From positions 128,001 to 192,000 of IMG/VR virus record IMGVR_UViG_3300021979_000003: DNA of 64,000 nucleotides, one strand, 5' to 3'. The stretch's first letter is position 1, and every line of letters starts with the position of its first letter. Below the pieces are notes generated by a model. That model was not told the origin of the DNA. It saw nothing but the letters and a program-made list of their open reading frames with translations, and made no database searches. Position numbers and translations under genes: made by a program. This document shows positions 1 to 10,386 of the stretch, piece after piece. Source of the stretch: a virus (lineage: Duplodnaviria > Caudoviricetes).

Positions 1-1
1 G

Positions 2-1036
2 GTCAACAAGCGAGTTGAAGTATTTGAAAACTTTGTTATGGACACACTAAAGTCTGAACTATCTGAGTTCGCTCAAGATCGTCAGCAACTAGAAGAAAAC
101 ATGGCAAAGGAAAGAATGAAGCTTGTGAAAGAACAAATGCGTACTAAGAAGCTAGCGGAAAGCAAAGAAAAGGCGCTTAACCTATTGGTTAAAGATGTTC
201 TTAAGGAAGAAATCAGCGAATTCCAAAATGATCGTAAACACTTTGTAGAAAGTATTGGTAAAATGGAAAACCTAATGGTTAGTCAGCTAACCGAAGAGCT
301 AAGCGAATTCCAAGAAGACCGTAAGGAACTTCAGGAACGTCGTGTAGAGCTAGAAAAGGAATACAACCGTAAGCTTGAAGAAGCTAAGAATGTGTTCATT
401 CAACGTGCAAGTAAATCCGCAGAGTCTATCGTTAACGAAACTCTATCAAGCGAACTAGCTTCACTAAAAGAAGACATTCAGGTTGCTAAACAGAACACAT
501 TTGGTAGAAAGCTATTCGAAGCTTTTGCTAGTGAGTTCTACTATTCTCACATGTCTGAGAACACAGAAATTTCTAAAATTCTGAACAAACTCGAAGAAAG
601 TGAGAAAAATGCGCAAAAATTGCAGAAAATTGTTAAAGAACAGGCTGAAACTATAAATAAAACTAGACATGAGCTAAACGAAACTCGTGAGAGTTCTGTA
701 CGTGAAGCTAAGATTGACAAACTTGTACGTCCACTAGCTGCTACTCAGAAGAAGATTATGTCTAAGCTTTTAGAAGGTGTTGAAGCTGAAAAACTAGATG
801 AGGCTTTCGAGCGTTATCTACCAAGTGTACTAGAGCGTAACAGTTCTACCACTAAAAAGGCAGCAAGTAGTGAAGCAAATGGTCGTAAGAAATTGAGCGA
901 AAGTAACGGAAACCGTGAAAAGCGCAAACATATTGCCGAGAGCAAGAGCGCTGGTAAGCCAGAAATCGCAAATGATGAATACGCTGATGAGATTTCTAAA
1001 ATTATCTCTCAAGCAGGCATTAAACACAAAAAATAA
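2..1036 (+). CDS. Prohead core scaffold protein (T4 gp22-like), 5'-truncated by the window edge
   Basis: Frame is open from base 2 (VNKRVEVFENFVM...). E/K-rich coiled coil with many [LI]-x-E motifs, directly upstream of the major capsid gene as in T4-like head modules. Confidence 0.8.
   Translation, partial: VNKRVEVFENFVMDTLKSELSEFAQDRQQLEENMAKERMKLVKEQMRTKKLAESKEKALNLLVKDVLKEEISEFQNDRKHFVESIGKMENLMVSQLTEELSEFQEDRKELQERRVELEKEYNRKLEEAKNVFIQRASKSAESIVNETLSSELASLKEDIQVAKQNTFGRKLFEAFASEFYYSHMSENTEISKILNKLEESEKNAQKLQKIVKEQAETINKTRHELNETRESSVREAKIDKLVRPLAATQKKIMSKLLEGVEAEKLDEAFERYLPSVLERNSSTTKKAASSEANGRKKLSESNGNREKRKHIAESKSAGKPEIANDEYADEISKIISQAGIKHKK
652..659 (+). promoter_or_regulatory. T4-type late promoter inside the scaffold gene, upstream of the major capsid gene
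   Basis: Exact TATAAATA about 400 nt before the capsid ATG. Confidence 0.55.
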
Positions 1037-1062
1037 TAATTTATTAATAGGAGAAAATTAAA

Positions 1063-2247
1063 ATGGCTACTAATTTATTTGAAGGACAAGCGTGGAACCA
1101 AGTGAAAACTGGTCTATGTGAAGGTCTTGAAAACAAAAAGCGTGAGAACTTCGAGAAGGTTCTAGAAAACACTCGTAAGTTCATGATGAACGAATCTGCA
1201 TCTTTCGGTGCAACCAGTTCCGGTAATATCGCGACTCTAAACAAGGTAATTCTACCTATGCTACGTCGTGTAATGCCAAACGTTATTGCGAACGAAATCA
1301 TGGGTGTACAGCCTCTTCCGGGTCCAGTTGCTCAGATTCATACCATGCGTTATGTTTATTCTCAGAACTCTTCTGAAGTAAATGCTGGTACTGAAGCACT
1401 ATCCCCATTCGACGTTGCACGTGCTTACTCTGGTAACGATGACGCTGCTAATCCAGCCGCTGCATCTACTGCAACTCTAGAAGGTCAGCCCGGTAAGAAA
1501 ATCGCTGTTAACATCGTTAAGCAGACCGCTGAAGCGAAGACACGTCGTCTAAGCTCTCGTTGGACTGTTGAAGCTGCTCAGGATGCTGAGAGCCAGTTCG
1601 GTGTTGATATCGAGTCTGAAATCATGGCTGGTCTAGCACAAGAAATTACCACTGAAATCGACCAAGAGCTACTAGGTCGTCTACGTAACCTAGCACGTAC
1701 TGGTGCTATCTACGACATGACTCAGGACGCTGATTTCACTGGTTCCCCAACTTTCGTTGGTGACCGTCACGCGGTTCTAACTACATTGATCAACCAGCAA
1801 GCTAACCTAATCGCTCAGCGTACTCGTCGTGGTCGCGCTAATTGGGTAGTTGTTGATCCAATGGCACTAACTATTCTACAGTCTGCGACAACTTCCGGTT
1901 TCGCACGTACTACTGAAGCAACCTTTGACGATCCAGACAACCAGAAGCTAGTTGGTACTCTAAACAACACCATGAAGGTGTATGTTGATACCTACGCTGA
2001 TGAAGGTACTCCGGTTCTAATCGGTTACAAGGGTCAGAACGAGTTTGACGCTGGCGCATTCTATTGCCCATACGTTCCTCTAACTGCAACTCCTGTGATC
2101 ACTGATCCAAACACCTTCGAGAACGTTGTTGGCTTCATGAGCCGTTACGCTTATGTTGAACTAAGCAACAGCGCTAGCTCCTTCGGTAACGCAGCGGATT
2201 ACGTATCCAAGATCGATATTCCTGCTGGTTCTATCAAGTTTATCTAA
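1063..2247 (+). CDS. gp23: Major capsid protein (T4 gp23 family)
   Basis: Motifs LPMLRRVMP, MGVQPLPGP, KTRRLSSRWTVEAAQD, EITTEIDQE, GAFYCPYVP and GFMSRY; SD GGAG; strong codon bias. Confidence 0.95.
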   Translation: MATNLFEGQAWNQVKTGLCEGLENKKRENFEKVLENTRKFMMNESASFGATSSGNIATLNKVILPMLRRVMPNVIANEIMGVQPLPGPVAQIHTMRYVYSQNSSEVNAGTEALSPFDVARAYSGNDDAANPAAASTATLEGQPGKKIAVNIVKQTAEAKTRRLSSRWTVEAAQDAESQFGVDIESEIMAGLAQEITTEIDQELLGRLRNLARTGAIYDMTQDADFTGSPTFVGDRHAVLTTLINQQANLIAQRTRRGRANWVVVDPMALTILQSATTSGFARTTEATFDDPDNQKLVGTLNNTMKVYVDTYADEGTPVLIGYKGQNEFDAGAFYCPYVPLTATPVITDPNTFENVVGFMSRYAYVELSNSASSFGNAADYVSKIDIPAGSIKFI

Positions 2248-2288
2248 TAGGCTTGAACCGAAAGAAGGTTACGGATGTAACACAGTAA

Positions 2289-2825
2289 TTAAAGACTCTC
2301 TTCGGAGAGTCTTTTTTCTTGCCTGTCAAAAAACTTTTGAAGTCTACGTTGCACTCTTAGAAGCTCAGAATCAAATCCTTCATTTCTCATGGGTGGTGCC
2401 ACTCTAACGAAGTTCTTAGGATAGAGTCTAGCATTTCTTTTCTTATCATCTACCAATACAATATTTTCAATATCATATTTGTCTGTAAATATAGAAATAT
2501 CTTTTACAATGTCACCTTGATAAAACGTAGTACTTTCTGTCCCGTAACATCCAACAATATTGATATCTGAGAAAATTTCCCTACGAACTTTCCTGACATA
2601 GTTTACATTTGCAGTACTAAATAAAACAATATCTGCATCTAATTCATTGGTAATAAACTCTAGAAGCTCAGTAGCACCAGTGCGCTCAAAGCATGAATTA
2701 CCTTCCAATGAATATTGCCATTCGACCAACGTTTCATCAACATCACAAACTACAAGACGTTTTTTCAAATTAATTTCCTCATCATCATAAAACACCATTA
2801 TAGCAAAATCTTCAGGGATTTTCAA
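2289..2825 (-). CDS. HAD-family FCP1/SCP (NIF-domain) phosphatase; start could be ATG at 2798
   Basis: DVDETL (DxDxT) motif, FSTA, and GDIVKDIS...NIVLVDD...YPKNFV, which parallel the SCP1 pattern GxYVKDLS...VxIxDN...PxN. Confidence 0.75.
   Translation of the reverse strand: MKIPEDFAIMVFYDDEEINLKKRLVVCDVDETLVEWQYSLEGNSCFERTGATELLEFITNELDADIVLFSTANVNYVRKVRREIFSDINIVGCYGTESTTFYQGDIVKDISIFTDKYDIENIVLVDDKKRNARLYPKNFVRVAPPMRNEGFDSELLRVQRRLQKFFDRQEKRLSEESL
2291..2318. terminator. Bidirectional intrinsic terminator
   Basis: AAAGACTCTC-TTCG-GAGAGTCTTT plus T-run; C(UUCG)G tetraloop between convergent genes. Confidence 0.9.
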
Positions 2826-2865
2826 GGATAAATAATACTGTTACGTGACACTATAGGAGAACACA

Positions 2866-3294
2866 ATGATTTTATTTTACCACAATAAACCAAAATCATC
2901 TATTCCTTACAATGCAAAAGCTATACGAATTGAAGAAGTAGATGACATAAAACCAAACTTGAAAACCCTATTAGAAGAGAATGAAGGAAAAGAACATGTA
3001 GATGTATGCGTGTTTGATGGAGAGTTTGAAGACTCTACCCTAATGGAATATTTCAAAAAGTACCTAAATCTTTCTGTATTCAGGGTATCTATTATCGACC
3101 CAATGAAAGTATATGATTTATCAAATGCATTAGAAGTTAATACTTTGGTTTCTTTTTCCAAACCTAATGCTATGACTAGAATTAAAAAGATCAAAGAAAG
3201 TATGCCTTATGCTAAAACACATATGATTGACGATTACCGTTACAGCATCATTAATGTTCAACGTCAAGACTTTGATACCAATAAGAATAAATAA
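2866..3294 (+). CDS. Hypothetical protein, 142 aa
   Basis: ORF with SD AGGAG and an upstream late-promoter variant GATAAATA (2827-2834). Confidence 0.7.
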   Translation: MILFYHNKPKSSIPYNAKAIRIEEVDDIKPNLKTLLEENEGKEHVDVCVFDGEFEDSTLMEYFKKYLNLSVFRVSIIDPMKVYDLSNALEVNTLVSFSKPNAMTRIKKIKESMPYAKTHMIDDYRYSIINVQRQDFDTNKNK

Positions 3295-3315
3295 AAATAA
3301 ACGGGATTATTTTCT

Positions 3316-6300
3316 ATGGCAAAGCGACTATATTTTAAAGACTATTATTATTTACAAGGCAATAACGTACACATTCATGGTGTAGGCGGTTTTAAAGTAC
3401 CTACTGGTGACACTAACCAACGTCCTACCGTAATGGAAGGCATTGTGCGTTATAATACTGAAACCAATTCATGGGAGTTAGGTACTCATGATGACATGGT
3501 TATTTTTAATACTAACAATGATGGATCGAGTACTTTCTACACTAAACAAGGTGGTACTTTGTTTGGTGACATCATCATGGATGATGGTAGAAAAATACAG
3601 AATGCCGATGGTTCTTATATTCGTCCAAGCTATGGATTTGCTAATGATCTAGACACTGGTCTTTTTAGAAGTGCAGAAAACACAATTGATGTTGTGGTTG
3701 GTGGTGAGCTAAATTCAAACTCAGTCCCTGCTATTCGTGTTTCACGTAACGGCTCTTCTACTGGTGACTTTGATCAAGTCGTTGAAATAAATGCAGACCT
3801 TGTGATTAATGGTACTGTTACTAATGTGAACAGTGTTGATCTTGAGGTAGAAGATAATACTATAACTTTAAACAAGAATGGTACAAATGCTGGTCGCTCT
3901 GGTATAGAGATAGAAGCAAACGGTAGTATTGCTTCAAGGTTCTACTATGACTTCAGTAAGTCTAAGTGGTCAACTAACAACATTTCTATAACAGATATAC
4001 CTCTCCCGGTAATGGGTACTGACGTTACAAATAAAAACTATGTCGATGTGGAAATTCAAACCCTAGATGATGATCTATCTGCTGTTATTGCACAGAATTA
4101 TCAAACACTTGATCAAAAGATTGATAATGAAATCAACCGTGCAACTACCCGAGAAAATACAATAGAATCTAATCTTAATGCTGAGATTACACGTGCTACT
4201 GGTGAAGAACAGCGCATAGAAGACAAGTTCGACAATGCGGTAACCAACCTTAATAATACAGATGCTAGCTTACAACAGCAAATAAACAATGAAGTAACAC
4301 GTGCTACTGGTGAAGAACAGCGCATAGAAAATAAATTTGATACTGCTGTTACTAATCTTAATAACACTGATGCTGACTTACAACAACAGATAACTGATGA
4401 AGTATCACGAGCAACAACACGTGAAGATGATTTGCAACAACAAATCACTGATGAAGTTAACCGTGCAACTACTCGTGAGAATAATATCGATACAGCACTT
4501 ACTAATGAGATTACACGTGCTACAAACGAAGAGCAGCGAATCGAAACCAAGTTTGATAACGCTATCTCTAGTTCACAAAGTACTGATGCTGACTTACAGC
4601 AACAGATCACTGACGAAGTAACACGTGCTACTGGTGAAGAACAGCGCATAGAAAATAAATTTGATACTTCTGTTACCAATCTTAATAACACTGATGCTGA
4701 CTTACAACAACAGATAACTGATGAAGTATCACGAGCAACAACACGTGAAGATGATTTGCAAACACAAATTGATGGAAAGGAAGATACTTTAGGATTTACC
4801 CCTGAAGATTCGGCTAATAAAAGTCAGCCTAACGGTTATGCAAGCCTAGACTCTAATGGTAAAGTACCAACTTCTGAACTACCCAACTCAGTGTTTGGTG
4901 GTATTGTATATCAAGGAGGTTGGGATGCAATCAACAATACTCCAACGTTACAGTCTGGTGTAGGTACTCGTGGTAATTACTATAAAGTTAATAATGCAAG
5001 TACTAACACGACCTTAAACACTGAACTCGATGGTGTTACTGATTGGGCAGAAGGCGATCTATTGCTATTCAATGGTACAGCTTGGGAAAAGTTTGATCAG
5101 ACAGATAAAGTAACCAGCGTAAGAGGCACGAACAATACAATACCTAAAGTTGGTGATGTAGTTCTTAGCCTACAGGATTTAGGAGCTTCGGCGTATGGAG
5201 CCGATCTTGCAACTGCAACTGATGCCCCAGATGGAAGATCGAAATTAGGTCTGGGAACGGCATCTACGTTGAATACAGGTACGTTAGAAGGCCAGATACC
5301 AGTTAGAGTTGTAAACGGTGACCTTACAGGCAATCTTTTAGGTAATGCTAATACAGCTTCTGAGCTACAAACAGCTAGAACTTTCAACTTCTTAGGTGAT
5401 GCTACAGGGTCTGCATCATTCAAAGGCGACAGTAATATTGACATCACATTAACTGTCCAAGACGACAGCCACAACCATATTATTTCTAATGTGGATGGAC
5501 TACAATCTGTATTGGATGGATTGCAGAACTCTATCGATGGGAAACTAGATGATACTGCAACTGCTACTAACTCTGATTTGCTAGACAATATAAGTTCAGA
5601 GCAATTTTTAAGAAGTGATGTATCTGATCTATTTACTTATACAAATCTAGGATTAGGAACTGGATTGATTCTTGAAGCTAATAGTGATGTGAATGTTACA
5701 CACAGCGGCTTAGTCATGAAAGCTGGTACTAATCCAACTGCCGGTGATAGATTACTTACGGTTAAGTCTGCTGGCGAATCACCACGTTTGATTGTTGAAC
5801 ATGACGGTGCTGTTAAAACTTCTAACAGTGATATGTACGTCGGTGTTGATGTTGCTGGCACAGGCGGAAATCGTGTGTTTCATGAAGGTTTCCACCCAAA
5901 TGCTGATGCATTAACTAATAGTGTGTCATTGAGTCTGAGTGGTGACGTTTCTGGAACTGCAACAACTGATTGGTCTGGTAATGTAGATATTGCTGTTGAA
6001 GTAGTTAATGATTCACATACCCATGAATGGTCTAACATAACAAGTAAGCCAGTAGGTTCTACCGGTGAAGTATATTACTTTGCTAATGACGGAAGTGCGG
6101 TAGAATCATCAATGATTTTACAACAATTGAGAATTGTTGATAACGCGCAAAGACTTTCAGAAGAGCAACAAATTGTCGTTTCGTTTGAGGATGTATTTAA
6201 TACATGGTATAGATTCTCTCATGGTGCATCAGAAACATATCCATCTGATGGAACCGAGACAAACGCTTGGAGTTATCAAAGTGCTACTGATACAGTCGAG

Positions 6301-7416
6301 TGTACTATAAACTCAGCGACCCATGTCGGCTTTGTAAGTGAAGAAAAGTATAGTACTTATATTCACGAAGCAACTCTTACTTCTGCTGGTGCAGACAATG
6401 ATATGTTAGGTGTTGTGATAGCATTTGATTTTGATGAAAATGACTTGGTTACTAACAATGCATATAATGATGATCCAAGTAATTATAGTTGGGATATTAA
6501 TACAACAGATGCTTTAATACCTAACGAACATACACTTACATTAATACGTACTAGAAGCACTGAGGCTCATTTAAACGTTAATAGCACACCAGTACAATAC
6601 GCTGTAGTTTATAACTATAACAAGCCCGACGAAAAAGTTATTGCAAATGGTGATGCTTTAATCAATGATACGGTTGGAAACTTTTCAGGAGTAGAAGCTA
6701 AAGTACGTGTTGAAAGAAACGGCGATATCATAAACGTGTGGACAACTGAGTGGTCAGACTCAACTAGTTATGATGGTACTCTTAAAGGTAACATGACTAT
6801 TGACTTAACTTCTGATCCAGACTTAGAGAAGTTCCGTGGTGATAAATCGTATGGTTATTCAGCGCTATCACAACCAAGCGCTACGTACAAAGATATCTTA
6901 TTCACTGATCCCTCTGGTAGAATTTATGATGTAAGTACTGATACCTCATGGTATTATGATGGTACACAATGGATTCAGGACAGTAATACTAACGTTCAAA
7001 GTGAGATTGGTGTAGGAAGACTTATACAAAATCCAACTGATAAGAATATATATTTCGTTAAAAGTCAAGATGAAGTTGTTAAGATATATGATTATGATGA
7101 TCCTAATAATTACTACACTAAAACTGAAGTTGGAAATTTATTAGAATCGTTGAAATGGAACACAGAAGTTACACTTAGTGGTGGTGGAACACAGGTGTTT
7201 GATCTTAATACCATATTTGGAACTAACCTTGGGGATTCTAGAGACGTAATAGTTGATATCAAAGTTCTAGATAATACTTCAGGAAGCCCAACAAATGGAA
7301 TGTGGATAGATGCAAGTGCGGTAGCAACATATGGAATTAATACGACTAATGAAACCGTAACTATTATCAACGAATATACCAACAGTTTGACATTTTACAT
7401 TAGGATATCTCTATAA
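3316..7416 (+). CDS. Long tail fibre-like virion protein, 1366 aa
   Basis: N-terminal KVPTGDTNQRP, 18-aa coiled-coil repeats, GYASLDSNGKVP fibre motif, LSGDVSG repeats and a C-terminal lectin-like domain. Confidence 0.75.
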   Translation: MAKRLYFKDYYYLQGNNVHIHGVGGFKVPTGDTNQRPTVMEGIVRYNTETNSWELGTHDDMVIFNTNNDGSSTFYTKQGGTLFGDIIMDDGRKIQNADGSYIRPSYGFANDLDTGLFRSAENTIDVVVGGELNSNSVPAIRVSRNGSSTGDFDQVVEINADLVINGTVTNVNSVDLEVEDNTITLNKNGTNAGRSGIEIEANGSIASRFYYDFSKSKWSTNNISITDIPLPVMGTDVTNKNYVDVEIQTLDDDLSAVIAQNYQTLDQKIDNEINRATTRENTIESNLNAEITRATGEEQRIEDKFDNAVTNLNNTDASLQQQINNEVTRATGEEQRIENKFDTAVTNLNNTDADLQQQITDEVSRATTREDDLQQQITDEVNRATTRENNIDTALTNEITRATNEEQRIETKFDNAISSSQSTDADLQQQITDEVTRATGEEQRIENKFDTSVTNLNNTDADLQQQITDEVSRATTREDDLQTQIDGKEDTLGFTPEDSANKSQPNGYASLDSNGKVPTSELPNSVFGGIVYQGGWDAINNTPTLQSGVGTRGNYYKVNNASTNTTLNTELDGVTDWAEGDLLLFNGTAWEKFDQTDKVTSVRGTNNTIPKVGDVVLSLQDLGASAYGADLATATDAPDGRSKLGLGTASTLNTGTLEGQIPVRVVNGDLTGNLLGNANTASELQTARTFNFLGDATGSASFKGDSNIDITLTVQDDSHNHIISNVDGLQSVLDGLQNSIDGKLDDTATATNSDLLDNISSEQFLRSDVSDLFTYTNLGLGTGLILEANSDVNVTHSGLVMKAGTNPTAGDRLLTVKSAGESPRLIVEHDGAVKTSNSDMYVGVDVAGTGGNRVFHEGFHPNADALTNSVSLSLSGDVSGTATTDWSGNVDIAVEVVNDSHTHEWSNITSKPVGSTGEVYYFANDGSAVESSMILQQLRIVDNAQRLSEEQQIVVSFEDVFNTWYRFSHGASETYPSDGTETNAWSYQSATDTVECTINSATHVGFVSEEKYSTYIHEATLTSAGADNDMLGVVIAFDFDENDLVTNNAYNDDPSNYSWDINTTDALIPNEHTLTLIRTRSTEAHLNVNSTPVQYAVVYNYNKPDEKVIANGDALINDTVGNFSGVEAKVRVERNGDIINVWTTEWSDSTSYDGTLKGNMTIDLTSDPDLEKFRGDKSYGYSALSQPSATYKDILFTDPSGRIYDVSTDTSWYYDGTQWIQDSNTNVQSEIGVGRLIQNPTDKNIYFVKSQDEVVKIYDYDDPNNYYTKTEVGNLLESLKWNTEVTLSGGGTQVFDLNTIFGTNLGDSRDVIVDIKVLDNTSGSPTNGMWIDASAVATYGINTTNETVTIINEYTNSLTFYIRISL
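4129..4776 (+). repeat. Intragenic tandem 54-nt (18-aa) repeat array including a near-perfect 147-bp duplication
   Basis: E[IV]xRAT units at 18/36-aa spacing; 4291-4437 and 4615-4761 differ at 2 positions by my alignment. Confidence 0.9.
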
Positions 7417-10361
7417 TGTCAGTTAATGTACCTGCTTATAATTTAAACGGGCAACAAATAAAAGAACTTTACGGCACCACTGAAACTGCAACTCAGTTTT
7501 ATTATGGTACGGGTTCTACAAACCAGCCATCTTTTGAATTAATTCAGGAAGACTCGTTTAATATCTATTTTTATAGAAAAACAAATACTGGACAGTTATA
7601 CCTTATGGTGGTATTCAATAAGTATACACCAAGTAGAGTAGGACAACCGGGAGGTAGTATATCATTTAGTATCTCCGGTTTAAGCTCTGGGTATAATATA
7701 GAGTTTTCAGATGACTCTACTGAATCTTTTACTATAGTCGATTCGGATACTATATCTAATTCTTATGCATGGCAACGTGACTTGACAGATGGTTTTGCTA
7801 TAGAGCTTATTGAGCCTATTAATACTTTAACCATTGATGTAACCGCGTACAGTAATATTAATCAGTTTAGTTTTATTGATAATAACGAACAATTATATAC
7901 TATCCCATTCTCTTCAACAACGCAGTTGACTATAGAACCAACTCAAATTACATACAGTGGTGACATATATCTTGATCCACCTGCCGGTATCTATCAGGTT
8001 CCTAAAACGGTCAACGTATACCTTTCTGGGAACGTACAGGATGCTATTACGACAAATGATGGTACAACACCAACGTTAGCAGAATATATCGCATATGATA
8101 ACTTGCAACCACCAAACCCTTTTATTGCGGTTGTTCAAGACGGTAAAGGTAATGTTACCTTCGATGGTGGTTTTCCAAAACTTTATAACTATCAACATGA
8201 CCCTGCGTGGACAACATTTAATGATTTGAGTCCTACTTTTAAGTATGCATATAATGTGTTGGATTATATTTCTAACGATGATAAAGTTCAAGCTGGTAAC
8301 AATAAGATATTAATTCTTGGTGATGCGAACACCGGAGCTAACTATTGTATTAAAGAGACTGCTACAAATGACTTCTACCTTTCTTTGGAAAAGCTTTCTG
8401 AGGTTAGTGGCTATGAGTTTGTTTATAGAACTACTGAAGACTATGGTACTGAACTAAATCCCTCGTATGCCTTCTTAGAAGAACACGTAGCAGTAGTTTT
8501 ATTTTCCACATTAAGTCTTTCTGAAGGTGCAGGAAAATTATCAACTCAAGCAATAGCAAACCTTGTCGCTTTTCGTGAGAATGGTAATGGTATTTTCATT
8601 ATAACCGATCATGGTTCAGGCCCTAGTGGGTTTTATGTAACTGCAAACCAATTAGCATCTGAATATGGCGCATACTTTGAAGGTAATTATAATCGAACTT
8701 CAGTTAATGTAGGTTTTCTTCGTTCTACCTATGGTGACCATCCTTTGTATAACAACCTACTAGATACTGATGATATATATGCGGGTGGTTCTGAGTCTCG
8801 TGTATTCGTTACAGAATACCCAACATATAATAATAGCACTATTCCTGATCAAGACCTTAGCACTCCCGGTTATACAAGTTATAAGTATCTATTGCGTGAT
8901 ACTAATGGTGATTTACAGTCTTTAAACTATACTTATGGATTACAGGTTGCTGAGATTGTAAATTTCTTAAATGAGCAAGATCAAATTATAACTATTAAAA
9001 ATATTGGTGTTGAAAATCGTGCGGCAATTGACTTTCAAATTAATGATGCGGGTCTAGGGGATATAAATGGTCTGGTTAAAAGAAACGGTATCGTAGTTGG
9101 TGATGTATTCTTTGATGGAACAACTCAAGAAGTACAATACTATCGTCATGATGGTAATCAAATAATCGTTGATGATGGTGACATTATTAGTGTTGAGATA
9201 ACATCCCCACTACAATATACTAAAAATTTACAAATAGAAAGGTTTCAACCATCAGTAGATGACATATATTCATATTCAAGGTTCTTATCAGAAATTAATA
9301 ACCCAGAATGGTTTACTCAGAAAGTCAACCGAAATGAGTTTTCTGTGTTAGATAATATGAACTATAACCGTTCATATCGAAGAGCCTATAACATTGAGCG
9401 TATACGTGGTTACGTTAACAACACAGGCGAGTTACCTGAAGCTACTGCACTGGTGTACTCTAATCCAACTGACGCTCAGAACGCGTTAGCGACCGTCGCA
9501 GAGCCAACACAACAAGATATATTCAACCAGTTTGGAATATTTGCGATGGCAGGCGCAACCCAATCGTATTATCCTACTAAGTCTGATGCCCCTAATACTG
9601 ATCCATATTCTACATGGGTTTATGATACTAATTTAAATGCTATAGTACAGACTGCTAATACTGGTTTCTATACAGGTTTCGTAAGTCCAGAATACCTAGA
9701 TAGGTATGTATTGGAAGTGACTGTAACTTCACCGGGAGGTGATGATGATGTTATTGGTGTAGTAGCGGCACATTATTGGGATGCTACTAATGGAGAAAAC
9801 TATACATTATCATTTGATGTGAACAATGGTGGTATATTTGGAAACCTTGGTCCTATTGTTGCTAATAAAAATCATAGAGGAATTGGAGAAAAAGTACTTG
9901 GTGTTAGTAATCATGATGTTACTTATGCCAATGCAGCAAGTGGCAATGGTTGGTCAGGAAGACGTATGCGTGTTAAAGTCGAACGTAACCAAAATATAAT
10001 TAAAATGGTCGCCACGAAATGGGATGTGTTAGATACTTACGATCCTGCAAGTGAAATTATTATAGACATAAATTCAGACCCAGATTTGAGTATGTTTGCT
10101 GGACCCAAGTCTTATGGTTATTCTTCTAGGTCACAGGCCAATAGTACATTTGAAAACATAAGCTTTACCGGTGGTGTTAACTATGATTTCGTTGTTGACA
10201 TGCAGCAACAGATTGTATATCGTTACAACGTTGTGACACTTCAATGGGAAAGTACTGGTATAACTGTTCAAGACCTTTACGGGTATCCGAGAACCGTTCG
10301 AAACCCCAACACAGGAGAAACTTTCTACATAACTGAAACGTCAGTCACACAAATCTCTTAA
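7416..10361 (+). CDS. Virion/fibre-associated protein, 981 aa, with a C-terminal domain paralogous to the 1366-aa fibre
   Basis: TAATG stop/start coupling; shared motifs GFVS, DxDxxGVV, KVERN, SDPDL and SYGYS. Confidence 0.7.
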   Translation: MSVNVPAYNLNGQQIKELYGTTETATQFYYGTGSTNQPSFELIQEDSFNIYFYRKTNTGQLYLMVVFNKYTPSRVGQPGGSISFSISGLSSGYNIEFSDDSTESFTIVDSDTISNSYAWQRDLTDGFAIELIEPINTLTIDVTAYSNINQFSFIDNNEQLYTIPFSSTTQLTIEPTQITYSGDIYLDPPAGIYQVPKTVNVYLSGNVQDAITTNDGTTPTLAEYIAYDNLQPPNPFIAVVQDGKGNVTFDGGFPKLYNYQHDPAWTTFNDLSPTFKYAYNVLDYISNDDKVQAGNNKILILGDANTGANYCIKETATNDFYLSLEKLSEVSGYEFVYRTTEDYGTELNPSYAFLEEHVAVVLFSTLSLSEGAGKLSTQAIANLVAFRENGNGIFIITDHGSGPSGFYVTANQLASEYGAYFEGNYNRTSVNVGFLRSTYGDHPLYNNLLDTDDIYAGGSESRVFVTEYPTYNNSTIPDQDLSTPGYTSYKYLLRDTNGDLQSLNYTYGLQVAEIVNFLNEQDQIITIKNIGVENRAAIDFQINDAGLGDINGLVKRNGIVVGDVFFDGTTQEVQYYRHDGNQIIVDDGDIISVEITSPLQYTKNLQIERFQPSVDDIYSYSRFLSEINNPEWFTQKVNRNEFSVLDNMNYNRSYRRAYNIERIRGYVNNTGELPEATALVYSNPTDAQNALATVAEPTQQDIFNQFGIFAMAGATQSYYPTKSDAPNTDPYSTWVYDTNLNAIVQTANTGFYTGFVSPEYLDRYVLEVTVTSPGGDDDVIGVVAAHYWDATNGENYTLSFDVNNGGIFGNLGPIVANKNHRGIGEKVLGVSNHDVTYANAASGNGWSGRRMRVKVERNQNIIKMVATKWDVLDTYDPASEIIIDINSDPDLSMFAGPKSYGYSSRSQANSTFENISFTGGVNYDFVVDMQQQIVYRYNVVTLQWESTGITVQDLYGYPRTVRNPNTGETFYITETSVTQIS

Positions 10362-10386
10362 TTATCTTGTACCTTAATTTTGTAGC

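Noticed and set aside
2248-2290. Structured RNA between the capsid stop and the terminator
   Set aside because: Only 4-5-bp, mutually overlapping stems (AACC/GGTT, GTTAC/GTAAC); too weak to support.
4113-4691. 192-aa minus-strand ORF with internal repeats
   Set aside because: It is the antisense shadow of the fibre repeat array, with no SD and no independent motif.
4129-4776. Possible CRISPR-like direct repeats
   Set aside because: The repeats are in frame within a CDS, multiples of 54 nt, with no unique spacers and no cas genes.
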